Source: an uncultured Gammaproteobacteria bacterium (GTDB lineage Bacteria > Patescibacteriota > Microgenomatia > UBA10105 > UBA927). Taken from it: a stretch of DNA of 64,000 bases. Location: positions 229,448 to 293,447 of the forward strand of contig CAZUOM010000001.1 of the NCBI GenBank assembly GCA_964621305.1, read 5' to 3'. Below, piece after piece: positions 48,889-58,335 of this stretch (its first letter is position 1; each line of letters opens with the position of its first letter). The translations under genes and the position numbers were made by a program. The notes beneath the pieces were generated by a model, which worked only from the letters and a program-made list of their open reading frames with translations, did no database searches and was not told the DNA's origin.

Positions 48889-50175
48889 TTACAGCTTAAG
48901 CATGTATTCAAGTTTTTCATCTCTCGGTTTGTTCCACACCAGTGCCATATTGAGGGTTTTTGTGACCAGATACTTTCTTACTAGTCGGTTGATGTCCTCT
49001 TTTGTAACCTTTTCTATCTTTTTGAGATATTCATCCAGCGTCAAAATGGGCTGACCGAAGACTTCCTGCCGTCCGTAAAACTCGGTCATAAACTCCGGGT
49101 CCTCAGCTTTAAATGCCATCATGGTTTTGATCCGTTTTTTGGCAACAGCAACTTCTTTCTCCGTTACTCCTTTCTCTCCCGCTTTTGCCAACTCTGCCAG
49201 TATTGCTTGTGTTGCTTGTGTTACTTTCTCTGTAGCCACACCAGCATAGATACTCCAGTACCCCACGTCTGCCCAGTTATTGGAGTTTGACCGGATGTGG
49301 TAACACAGTCCCCGCTTTTCGCGGATTTCCTTAAATAGCCGGCTGGTAAACGAGACACCCATAAGGAGATTAAAGACATTCCATGCAAACCGATCCTCGC
49401 TCCCCCGGCAAAACGTACGAAAGCCTAAAACCAGATGCGCCTGACTCGCATCGGGCTTGGTGACGACCTCAAGCTTGGGCTTACTTTGATGATTAACGAT
49501 CCTCTCCGCCTCCTCGGCGGACCCGCCGGTGAGGCTGGCAAACCACTCTTCTGTTTTCTGTCTGACGGCTGATGACTGACGACTGATGGCTCCTGCCAAC
49601 ACCACCACCATCCTACCAGGCGTGTACCAACGATCGTAGTAGCTTCGCAAGGACTCTCCTTGCAAAGCTAAGAGGCTTTCTGGTTCGCCGATTGTTCGCA
49701 TGCCGAGGCTAGTCGCTGGGTACATCATCGTGTGAAACGTTTCTTCTACTTTTGCTTCCGGCTCATCCTCGTAACGCTTCATTTCTTCGAGAATCACGCT
49801 GCGCTCCCGGTCGATGTGCTTCTGTTCGATTAATGGCGCCAGAGCAAGCTCGCGATTTATCTCTAGCGCTAGCTCCCAATCAGTGCTTAATACCTTGTTG
49901 TGGTAGTTGGTGATATCTATATCTGTATAGGCGTTTTGCAGCCCACCGATCCGCTCAATGATGTTGACGTCGTCGGTGGTAGGGTACCTTTTGGTTCCTT
50001 TGAAGACCATATGCTCCAAGAAATGGGAAACTCCGTTAATATCTTTGGTTTCGTAGCGGCTGCCCACCGCCACCATGACAGCCGTTGCCACACTGTTGAC
50101 GCCCTGCATTGGGACGAGAATGAGCCGAACGCCGCTTGGGAGGGTGGTTTTGTCGTAAGGGTTCCCTGTCTGCAT
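48889..50175 (-). CDS. M16 (pitrilysin/insulinase) family zinc peptidase
   Basis: Motifs GVSHFLEHMVFKGT and SRLFKEIREKRGLCY. Confidence 0.93.
   Translation of the reverse strand: MQTGNPYDKTTLPSGVRLILVPMQGVNSVATAVMVAVGSRYETKDINGVSHFLEHMVFKGTKRYPTTDDVNIIERIGGLQNAYTDIDITNYHNKVLSTDWELALEINRELALAPLIEQKHIDRERSVILEEMKRYEDEPEAKVEETFHTMMYPATSLGMRTIGEPESLLALQGESLRSYYDRWYTPGRMVVVLAGAISRQSSAVRQKTEEWFASLTGGSAEEAERIVNHQSKPKLEVVTKPDASQAHLVLGFRTFCRGSEDRFAWNVFNLLMGVSFTSRLFKEIREKRGLCYHIRSNSNNWADVGYWSIYAGVATEKVTQATQAILAELAKAGEKGVTEKEVAVAKKRIKTMMAFKAEDPEFMTEFYGRQEVFGQPILTLDEYLKKIEKVTKEDINRLVRKYLVTKTLNMALVWNKPRDEKLEYMLKL
49640..49670. repeat. REP copy inside the M16 peptidase gene
   Basis: TAGCTTCGCAAGGACTCTCCTTGCAAAGCTA, same family as 45995-46021. 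Confidence 0.9.
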
Positions 50176-50240
50176 AGATGTTCATCCTACCAAATTCCTA
50201 GCCTTGCGTAAAGGCTCATTCCGCGCTATAGTTTACACCT

Positions 50241-50750
50241 ATGAAAAAAGAACAAAAAATTACTGGCCTTGAGCTCTACCGGCATTTCCCCTGGTACCAA
50301 CGCGTGACGGATTCGATACAGGGCATTTTAACTCAAGACGCAATCGACGCTGTTAGCGAATACGGACTGGACATAGAAGACTACAAAAAGCTCCTGTTTT
50401 ACCAAACAGGTGCTCGCGAACTAATTGGAGAAACCAATGATCGAATGCAGAAGCTCACGCAACACGAGCTATGGGAAATTTACCAATACCAGAAAACTGA
50501 ACTTGCCAAATGGGAAAGGCAGGAAGCCAGCGATTGGGCGGCGCAGAATCTAAAAGAGTACAAAATTTCGCGACTGCGCCAAGCTCTTTCAGCCAAATGT
50601 TTCCAAGACTTCGATGCACAACTTGCGGCTATTAGCGAACTGGAGGCAACAGTCAACCTGTTTCGCTTTGAATCGGACCTTCTTTCCCCTAACATCCACT
50701 CCGACTGGCCTAATGAACTTTTAAGCAAGAAAAAAAGGAAAAAGAAGTAA
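50241..50750 (+). CDS. Hypothetical protein
   Basis: 169-aa ORF. Confidence 0.6.
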   Translation: MKKEQKITGLELYRHFPWYQRVTDSIQGILTQDAIDAVSEYGLDIEDYKKLLFYQTGARELIGETNDRMQKLTQHELWEIYQYQKTELAKWERQEASDWAAQNLKEYKISRLRQALSAKCFQDFDAQLAAISELEATVNLFRFESDLLSPNIHSDWPNELLSKKKRKKK

Positions 50751-50809
50751 GTGTTTACCAGCGCCTTTTTTTCCGGGGAATTTTTGGTGGCGTATGCTAT
50801 ACTGAATAT

Positions 50810-51000
50810 ATGACACAGGAAGAAGCAATTGCCCGATGGAGAAAAAGCGCCAACCCTTCAGGGAACTGGTCCGACTCAAACAGCTCACTGGCGACATCGA
50901 GTTGGTTATCGAGCCGGTCCCCTACCATCCGGATGACCTGACTGATAAGTACGACCCACTGGCAAAAGAAATCCGCACCCACGGCATCCGGATCGTGTAA
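50810..51000 (+). pseudogene. Collapsed HEPN-MNT toxin-antitoxin remnant
   Basis: MTQEEAIARWRKSA (HEPN-like start) is joined out of frame to PFRELVRLKQLTGDIELVIEPVPYHPDDLTDKYDPLAKEIRTHGIRIV* (MNT-like end). Confidence 0.65.
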
Positions 51001-51194
51001 ACAGTGCTCAATAGAAAATCCTATAGGGTCTTGATTTTTTGGGGAGTTTGTGGTATAAGAAGAACAATCAACAACGCCTTGTCCTTCGTCGAAGACTCCT
51101 CAGGACGAGTCCTAAGAAGGAAATTATAACCGGCCAGAGAGCCGGTTTAATTGTGGGGAAAAACCGGTAAAATTGATTTTCGAACCAAAATGAA

Positions 51195-51500
51195 TATAAT
51201 ACGATATCTTGTAGTAAGTCTTGAGTAAACATAGCTCTTTGACCCCGCCACCAATCTTACCTCGCGCCGTCCGCCCCCAGCTACGCAGTTGCTGGCGGAG
51301 CGCTCGCGAGGAGCGATGGTGCAAGGGTCTGGATCACAACATGCGATGCAGTTGTTCTTTGACATATCAGGATGAAAAACCAGGAAGGATGCATTCTGGA
51401 AGCTATCAGTCTTCAGTCATCAGCCATCAGACTGAAAGCTGAGCGCTGACAGCTGGCAGCTTTTGGAAGGCATCCTTGCTGGGGAGGATGTAAAGGAGGA
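51195..51500 (+). promoter_or_regulatory. Long structured leader with two boxA-like 12-mers
   Basis: TATAAT at 51195, AGCTCTTTGACC at 51233-51244, hairpin at 51241-51329, TGTTCTTTGACA at 51353-51364, hairpin at ~51386-51476 and SD AAAGGAGG. Confidence 0.55.
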
Positions 51501-51505
51501 AGACG

Positions 51506-51694
51506 ATGTGGTTAATACCAATAATCATTATCGTGATTACCATCGCGCTCGCCATTTTGCTGATACTCACAGCGCCACTCTGGGCGAGAATGTTCAATGC
51601 GATCGCCAGCCTCGGAAAAAAACAGATCAAAGAGGCAGGCGAGACACTTGAGGCGGACGAAAAAAAGGAGGAAGGAAATGAGCCGCTATCGTGA
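51506..51694 (+). CDS. Small single-TM protein upstream of the SPFH gene
   Basis: Hydrophobic N-terminus, SD, and overlap with the SPFH start. Confidence 0.7.
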   Translation: MWLIPIIIIVITIALAILLILTAPLWARMFNAIASLGKKQIKEAGETLEADEKKEEGNEPLS

Positions 51695-52679
51695 TGATGA
51701 GTTAAGTAGAAGAACGTCTATCCCCGGCACATACATAGCCGCTGGTATCGTCGTGATTCTACTGGGGTGCAGCGTTCTGTTTGCATGCACGGCGGTTGAT
51801 CGGGTTGATCCCGGAAACGCGGGAGTGCTCGTAGACTTTGGGGCGGGTACTGTGGCTGGGGAACCGAAACTCAGCTCAATCCAAACGTCACAGTACTTTT
51901 TCAAAAACCCGATCTGGCAAGTCCTGGTTGAATATCCCATCACCCAACAAACTCTCACCATGAACAAAGCCGAGAAGGAGGGTGATGATTCCATCCGCTG
52001 TCAGGACATGAACGGGGTGCCCGTGAATATCGACACCTCTACGCTCTGGCGCGTGGATCCATTGAAGGTTGGGCAATTATACCTCAAGCGCCGCGACATG
52101 CCGCTCGTTGGCAAGGCCGGAGGCGACATTGAAAGTGTGATTGTCCGACGAGAAGTACGAAACGCTGTTACACTAACGTGCAGCAAATACCGATACGACG
52201 AGATGTACGGCACCAAGCGCGTGGAGTTCGGCGAGAAAGCAACTAACTTTCTCGGTCCTGAGTTGTTAGAAAATCACATTCTGCTGGACAAGTTCATTTT
52301 GGGCGAGATTCACCTTTTGCCAGAACAGCAGACGGCAATCAACCGCAAGGTGCTCGCCGAGCAGGCGGCGCTCGAAGCGGCGTTTCTGAAGCAGAAAGCC
52401 GAAAACGAAGCAGCGGGAAAGGTTGCCGACGCAGAAGGTCAGCGTAAGGTGCGTATTTTGCAAGCCCAGGCGGAAGCGGAGGCAATCCGCATCGTGAATG
52501 AACAACTTGGGCAGTCAAAGTTCTACATCGAGTACACCTACGCGATCAAGTGGAATGGAGCGTATCCATCGACGATCGTACTCGGTAGCGGGCAATCAAT
52601 CCCGGTCCTAGCGGGACTACAACTGCAACAACTGGCAACACCAACACCCGCGCCAACCGTACCAACGGGCACCAAATAA
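51678..52679 (+). CDS. SPFH/band 7/prohibitin-domain membrane protein
   Basis: TM segment, RVDPGNAGV, AEA-rich coiled coil and IKWNG.YP. Confidence 0.88.
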   Translation: MSRYRDDELSRRTSIPGTYIAAGIVVILLGCSVLFACTAVDRVDPGNAGVLVDFGAGTVAGEPKLSSIQTSQYFFKNPIWQVLVEYPITQQTLTMNKAEKEGDDSIRCQDMNGVPVNIDTSTLWRVDPLKVGQLYLKRRDMPLVGKAGGDIESVIVRREVRNAVTLTCSKYRYDEMYGTKRVEFGEKATNFLGPELLENHILLDKFILGEIHLLPEQQTAINRKVLAEQAALEAAFLKQKAENEAAGKVADAEGQRKVRILQAQAEAEAIRIVNEQLGQSKFYIEYTYAIKWNGAYPSTIVLGSGQSIPVLAGLQLQQLATPTPAPTVPTGTK

Positions 52680-52745
52680 CATCATCCTCACCCCCTGGGT
52701 AGTCCCCAGAGTACCCAGGTCATCCTGATACCAAGGTGCAAAACC

Positions 52746-52820
52746 TCGGTCGGGCTTGGAGAAAAAGCACTATGCATCTGCATACTGCCTATACCCTCTC
52801 TAGCCCGACCGATTTTTTTT
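52746..52820 (+). terminator. Long hairpin terminator
   Basis: TCGGTCGGGCT..AGCCCGACCGA followed by a T-tract. Confidence 0.75.
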
Positions 52821-52884
52821 AGGAAAAGGCAATTCTATTGTAGCACCAGATCCGTTTGAGCAGCTATGGTATACTACCATCAGC

Positions 52885-53172
52885 GTGGATATTCAAACGG
52901 TCAAGCATAAATCAGCCCCAATATTGCAACAATATCATGTACGAAAAGCCGCGGTTTTTGGATCTTTTGCCCGCGGAGAAGATCACGAAAAAAGCGATAT
53001 TGATATTCTCGTCGACCTACCCGATGCGCTCAGTTTATTTGATTTCGTCGCCCTCTCAAGCGATTTGGAATCTATTCTCCACACTGCGGTAGATCTGGTT
53101 GAGTATGATGCAATAAAACCGGCACTCCGAAAATATATTCTTGGCACAGAAATCCCCATTTATCCCATATGA
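52885..53172 (+). CDS. MNT (minimal nucleotidyltransferase) antitoxin
   Basis: VFGSFARGE..SDIDILV..VDLVEY motif. Confidence 0.9.
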   Translation: MDIQTVKHKSAPILQQYHVRKAAVFGSFARGEDHEKSDIDILVDLPDALSLFDFVALSSDLESILHTAVDLVEYDAIKPALRKYILGTEIPIYPI

Positions 53173-53652
53173 CTCGAGATATCAACGTCTATCTTGACGA
53201 TATATTAGAAGCTATTGCAAAAATACGTGAGTATACCAACTGATTGGATGAAGTCCGGTTTTCTGAGGATACCCCAATCCAGGACGCGGTCATCCGGCGG
53301 CTGACCATCATCGGCGAAGCAGCCGGGAATATTCCCAAAGAGATCCGGCTGCAATTCCCCGACGTAAAGTGGAAGTCTATTGTGGGACTTCGAAATGTCG
53401 TCATACACGAATATGCCAAAGTGAAGCGCTCCCCCGACCTTACGGTCGGGGCATCGGCTGGTTCATTCGGAGCGCGAAACCCCGCACCGAATGCCTTTTG
53501 AAACCATTCATCCCTCGAGCTTACGCTCGGGGCATTCTGGTGCTGGGGTAAAAATGGGACGGGTGTGGGAAGTGGTTCACTCAGAGTTATCGAGCCTTGA
53601 ATCGTCTATCCAATCGATGAAAGAATCGTGTGTGAAACAACAACGACACTGA
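53169..53652 (+). pseudogene. HepT/DUF86 ribonuclease toxin with a nonsense codon and a MITE insertion
   Basis: Motifs YLDDILEAI, IIGEAA and GLRNVVIHEY (RX4HXY). TGA at 53241-53243; the frame resumes VKMGRVWEVV after the insert. Confidence 0.85.
53421..53547. mobile_element. ~127-bp non-autonomous IS200/IS605-type element (MITE/PATE)
   Basis: Subterminal hairpins CCCCGACCTTACGGTCGGGG and ATTCATCCCTCGAGCTTACGCTCGGGGCATTCT; its removal restores the HepT frame. Confidence 0.75.
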
Positions 53653-53690
53653 AAAACCCTCTCTAGCCCGACCGAACCTTTTTTCCCAAC

Positions 53691-54929
53691 TCAAAAGAGG
53701 CACGCCGGAGCCTGGCCGGTCAATGATACAAGCTGAAAGGTATACCCAGGTAGAGACACGGTAGGCTTCCATCGGTCATCGGCGTCAGACCGGAACTTGA
53801 CTTCATAGGCTTGTCTTTTCTTTGGCACGAGAAAGTCTATTTCCTTATCGCGCTTGCGCAGAAACGTCACTTCTTCCCCCTTTTCCAACAACCGCTCCAA
53901 AACGTAGGACTCAACGGCAAAGCCCATACCCGTGGCAAAATCGTGTTTGGACTCAAAAAGCGAAAACATGGAACTCACGTATATCTTTTTGGCGCTGTTT
54001 TCTCTCGTGAGAGGCTTAGTGCTGTTGTACACGATATACACCAACCCCATCAGCTCCAGAACAGAAAGATATTTTTCCAATGTGACGGCTGTCGTGTTGG
54101 CAACGCGCGCTAGGTTGATGGTCGATACGACGCTACCGCTATTGGTTCGAAGGTAGGTAAACAGGGCATTTATAATCTGCGGTTTTTCTATTGCAAAATA
54201 GTTAAACGCATCCTGCGTGAGGCTCTGGCCGAGGACAGAAAGAATATATGCTTTCTGCTGGTCCGGCGTAAGCCGTACCATTTCCGGCAGTCTCCCCCAC
54301 GCAAGAAACTCGCGGAACCGGCTATTGAGCTCGGAAAGCATGTGTCCCCGCACGAACCGATCTTTTTCGTGTTGGACCGATGATGCGACGGAAACAAGCG
54401 AAGAACCGGTCAACCCCAGGTATTCACTAAATCCCAACGGAAAAAGGCGGTAGTGGAAAAATCTCCCCCCCAGGCTCTCTTCCATTCTCTGTTTGTAGGA
54501 GAGGCTCAGCGACCCGGTCAATACAAATTTTGTCTTCGGCCCTGTGTCGTAAAACTCCTTCACCACCCGTTCAAATCCATGGACAAATTGTATTTCGTCG
54601 AAAAAACAATAAACCGGGAGCCCCGGCGCGGCGATTTCTTTCAGAAAAAGATCATAGACCGACCAGATATCCTCACGGGTATCTCCCGGACCAAACTCAA
54701 AAAAAAGGATCTGGGTCGGCGGCACAGCCTTCTGACGGATGAGATCATCAACAACCTGTCGAAGAAGCACAGACTTGCCGGTCCGCCTGGGCCCGGTCAA
54801 AAAAATCATGGGGCGCGATCTCATATCTTTCCAAATGTTGCCAAATAGAGCTCTCCGGAACACAAAAGTCTCAAGCTGCCTTCCGGACCAATGGCGATTT
54901 TGAAAAATGACACGATCGCGTATGATCAT
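53691..54929 (-). CDS. AAA+ ATPase (AAA_14/DUF4143 family)
   Basis: Motifs GPRRTGKS, FDEIQ, LTGS and EIDF..YEVK. Confidence 0.9.
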   Translation of the reverse strand: MIIRDRVIFQNRHWSGRQLETFVFRRALFGNIWKDMRSRPMIFLTGPRRTGKSVLLRQVVDDLIRQKAVPPTQILFFEFGPGDTREDIWSVYDLFLKEIAAPGLPVYCFFDEIQFVHGFERVVKEFYDTGPKTKFVLTGSLSLSYKQRMEESLGGRFFHYRLFPLGFSEYLGLTGSSLVSVASSVQHEKDRFVRGHMLSELNSRFREFLAWGRLPEMVRLTPDQQKAYILSVLGQSLTQDAFNYFAIEKPQIINALFTYLRTNSGSVVSTINLARVANTTAVTLEKYLSVLELMGLVYIVYNSTKPLTRENSAKKIYVSSMFSLFESKHDFATGMGFAVESYVLERLLEKGEEVTFLRKRDKEIDFLVPKKRQAYEVKFRSDADDRWKPTVSLPGYTFQLVSLTGQAPACLF

Positions 54930-55096
54930 ATACTAAACTCTATACGATCTATATAATTTTGTCAACAAAGCAATAAAGAGCCTATCGGAATATGGTTGCA
55001 GCTAAACACGGCCAAACGACACTAAAAAACACCCAAGCAGAACGCGATAGTCATCTTCATGAAGAAGACAATATCGATCCGCCTGGGTGTTTGTGT

Positions 55097-55615
55097 TTAT
55101 CTAAACGACCGTCCGTATAAGTACCAAACGGCCTCATATCCATCAATCTGAAGAGTACCAAATAAAACATCCACCACGCTCCCCTCTTTCCACTGGCTCT
55201 TCAAGGAATACGTGTACTGGGTTGTTAGATCTCCAGCAATAATGTCTTTATTGGGAACTCTCCGATAATTCACGTACAACAACTCCGGCACGATGCAGGA
55301 GGCCGGCGGCAGTGTTGGATTCTGGCAACGAGGCACATCAAGAACGACTGTGTCCCCATTTTTAACTTCCACCGCGATCGCATCTTCGTCTGGAACGTAT
55401 CCAAACCAGGTTACTTTCGGGGGATTATCCCAGACCGGCGGTGTTATCTCGAAGATATGTTTGATATCATCAATCGAGAAGATTCGCTTGGATTCGTCAG
55501 TCGTGAGAGGAACTGATGTTTCCAACACGAATGATATTCTTTCTCCAGCCGGCGCGGCCTGACAGGCGCTGGCAGCTAGGAGAACTAGCGCCAAAACACC
55601 AAGAAACTTTCTCAT
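55097..55615 (-). CDS. Putative lipoprotein
   Basis: MRKFLGVLALVLLAASAC with GGAGG SD; hairpin terminator at 55027-55092. Confidence 0.65.
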   Translation of the reverse strand: MRKFLGVLALVLLAASACQAAPAGERISFVLETSVPLTTDESKRIFSIDDIKHIFEITPPVWDNPPKVTWFGYVPDEDAIAVEVKNGDTVVLDVPRCQNPTLPPASCIVPELLYVNYRRVPNKDIIAGDLTTQYTYSLKSQWKEGSVVDVLFGTLQIDGYEAVWYLYGRSFR

Positions 55616-55752
55616 GCCATTCCTCCAAAATTGGATTCGCACTATAATGTTCAACTACAATGGAAATGTGCGTATCTATTATTTTATCATATCCTATAAC
55701 AATAGTAAACTACGCCCTAGTTATTTCGTCGTGACTTCTATATGATTATTTG

Positions 55753-56127
55753 ATGACCGCTGATGATCTACGTCAGGATTTGGAACTGAAAATCGTTGAG
55801 CTTCTAAAAGCTAAAGTTGAGGATGGGTCGATGACCGAAGAGCGGAGCCAGCAAATAGCCAAGATCGTCCTGGAGCTCCTGCGGCCCGGCATGAGCTGGG
55901 AGGAGCTGTTCAAAGCCATTCCCAGACTGGACGATAGCGCATCGGAGCTTTGTATTGTCATCCTCCCCTATTTACGAAAATACGAGGAAATGGTAAGCAA
56001 CAAAGCTACACACCAGGTAGCAGAATTCATTCGCACCGGTCAATACGATGCAGCCGTACAACTGTCTAGGAAAGTAATCGCCCAAGAGGGCGTCACGCTG
56101 ACGGGATCAGGAAGCGCTACCAGCTAG
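55753..56127 (+). CDS. Hypothetical helical protein
   Basis: ORF. Confidence 0.65.
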   Translation: MTADDLRQDLELKIVELLKAKVEDGSMTEERSQQIAKIVLELLRPGMSWEELFKAIPRLDDSASELCIVILPYLRKYEEMVSNKATHQVAEFIRTGQYDAAVQLSRKVIAQEGVTLTGSGSATS

Positions 56128-56129
56128 GC

Positions 56130-58103
56130 CTAATCTCTATCAAGGCGGGGAAATCGGGCATCCGCTTGCCCCTTTAATGCCGCAAGCATGGGTCTAGTGA
56201 TATCATCAACTGCACTTTTTGCATTTGGATCTGGCTGGCCGGGTGATGCGGAAGAAAATGCATCATTTATTTTAAGTTGCGGGGCAAAATCATCCGTGTC
56301 GCAATATTCTGCGTATGCCGCAAAACAATCGGCGACGTAGGCTGTTAATGCAGTTAATTGCTCTTTCGTAATGCCAACGTTGTGCGCGCTTTCAAAAAAC
56401 TCCGTGGCTTTTTCACGATAAGTATCCTGCCCGTATATGGATATGTTTTGTTTACAGAGCAATTTCATATACTGTACTATAAATTCACTCTGGTGAAAAA
56501 TGTCACTCGTTTTTTTGTGCGGTGGTCGATAATTAAGTGGTGATTCAGATAATATATCTATATCAGAAAATCCAGTAAACATTTTTCTTAAATCCGTTTG
56601 CAATTGGGCGAGTGATTTTTTCGTATTCAACTGTCCTTCTATAACATAACTGACTCCAATAGAATACAACGTTTTTAGCATCATATATTTCACCTGATCG
56701 GTAAATTGATCTCTGGTCTGGCTATGTTTGAGTGCCATGAGTGTGTTTTCAGCGCCAAATTCACGAATTTGCGCGACATATATTCTCTTGCGCAGGTGTT
56801 GTTTTGTATGCTCTACCAATAAGCGCGCTGATAGCTCTATCAGCTTTTTTCTATACTTCTGTGTATCCTCTCCTTCAAATGCACTACTATACAAGTCTTT
56901 TTCGTGTTTGCGAAGATAGTCCCGGTGCCGGATGACAATTAGCTTTTTTACCGCTTCGGCACGCGGATCTCCTCTTTCGTAAAACAGGCGGTAGGCCGTG
57001 ATGGCTCCCACGGCAAGGCTCTGGGCATATTGAGGTATCTGACTGGCACAAACGATATATTCTGCAATATTTTGATTACTTACGATAATTTTTAATGCTC
57101 TTCCTAAAGCATAGGATGCATCATCTCGATAGCCGGTGTTGAGTGAAGATGTGAGTAGCAACTCCAAATCCTCTGTATCGCTATCTTCAAATCCTTCAAA
57201 TATTTTTGAGGTGAACGTGGTATGGGCATGGTCAATCTCGGAAAGCCGCCTGGGAGCAAATTGATCCATGGCTTCCAATGCGCGTATAAAAACAGATGTA
57301 TTGATGAATTGTTCGTCCCGGCTATAAGTCTTCGTCGCCCGTATCTCTTTTGCTGATCCGGCGAACTTTGGGCCTATGTACCGGCCGACGATGACGCTTT
57401 TTCCCTGAAAAAATCGAATGATTTGCGCTAATGAAAAAGCGGTCTGAAGCCTGCGATATCTATATTTGTCCTCCGGTGTTGGGTCATCATAAAAATCAAA
57501 TTGGAATTTTTCCTTCACATGGTAGGCGCCATAGACCGTATCGATCCCAAGGCGCTTGGCGACCTGGGCAACCGCCGTTTCCCACTGATATTCCCACGCT
57601 CTGCTCCGGTCCCATGCCTGGCCTTTGATCAAGTTTTGGGTAAAGGCGTCTTTTGCAAAATCAAAGACCCCCTCGCGCACGACTGAATCCTCCATCGAGC
57701 CCAATGGACTATTCAAATATCTATGAACTATACTTTCAAGCTCTGTGAGCAGTCTGTTGTCTGCAAGTGATTCTGGGTCTTTTCGTGCGTCGTCGATAAG
57801 ATGCTGCCACAATTCTGTTTGTGCAAGAATTTTAGCAAATGCATTAAGTTCTACTGAGGCTGCCTGGTCTATGAGGCGGAGCACTTGTTGATGCTTTTCT
57901 TGTTCTATTGCCAATCTATCGGGGTTTGTTTGTTTTAATATTTCAATATCCGATTCGTCAGGATACAGTGCATCTTTCAGTGGCTTTATTATCCGTTCAC
58001 TAAAGATATACCGCTTTGCTCGGATATCTCCGGATACCTGTGTGGCAAAGTGATACCAAATATCCCCGCCCGCCGGCAACGGTAAAACTTTTTGTTCACT
58101 CAT
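56130..58103 (-). CDS. Hypothetical protein (657 aa)
   Basis: Long ORF. Confidence 0.7.
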   Translation of the reverse strand: MSEQKVLPLPAGGDIWYHFATQVSGDIRAKRYIFSERIIKPLKDALYPDESDIEILKQTNPDRLAIEQEKHQQVLRLIDQAASVELNAFAKILAQTELWQHLIDDARKDPESLADNRLLTELESIVHRYLNSPLGSMEDSVVREGVFDFAKDAFTQNLIKGQAWDRSRAWEYQWETAVAQVAKRLGIDTVYGAYHVKEKFQFDFYDDPTPEDKYRYRRLQTAFSLAQIIRFFQGKSVIVGRYIGPKFAGSAKEIRATKTYSRDEQFINTSVFIRALEAMDQFAPRRLSEIDHAHTTFTSKIFEGFEDSDTEDLELLLTSSLNTGYRDDASYALGRALKIIVSNQNIAEYIVCASQIPQYAQSLAVGAITAYRLFYERGDPRAEAVKKLIVIRHRDYLRKHEKDLYSSAFEGEDTQKYRKKLIELSARLLVEHTKQHLRKRIYVAQIREFGAENTLMALKHSQTRDQFTDQVKYMMLKTLYSIGVSYVIEGQLNTKKSLAQLQTDLRKMFTGFSDIDILSESPLNYRPPHKKTSDIFHQSEFIVQYMKLLCKQNISIYGQDTYREKATEFFESAHNVGITKEQLTALTAYVADCFAAYAEYCDTDDFAPQLKINDAFSSASPGQPDPNAKSAVDDITRPMLAALKGQADARFPRLDRD

Positions 58104-58303
58104 AATGATGTTTGTAAGACACGGAAAAATTGCGTGCAGGTCTTTTTGAGTTCAATGATCGCCTGAGCACCTGAAATAATATTATCGCTGTATTGATTTC
58201 GAATTGTTTGAAGATTTTTTTGAAAGGCAATATGCGCGGAAAGGTCATGCGGAGAAACAATAATCCCGTGGTTTATTGCCGTACCGGTCATTCCATCGGA
58301 CAT
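58100..58303 (-). CDS. Small hypothetical protein
   Basis: ATGA overlap with the downstream gene. Confidence 0.4.
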   Translation of the reverse strand: MSDGMTGTAINHGIIVSPHDLSAHIAFQKNLQTIRNQYSDNIISGAQAIIELKKTCTQFFRVLQTSL

Positions 58304-58335
58304 ATACGGCAAGTATAGCACAAAAAAATCGCCTA

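Noticed and set aside
53241-53243. In-frame TGA in HepT read as Gly (genetic code 25), or TAG recoding at 24743 and 38280
   Set aside because: secE, rplJ and mreB end in TGA, and rplK and ndk end in TAG, at the expected positions. The HepT gene is also independently disrupted by a MITE.
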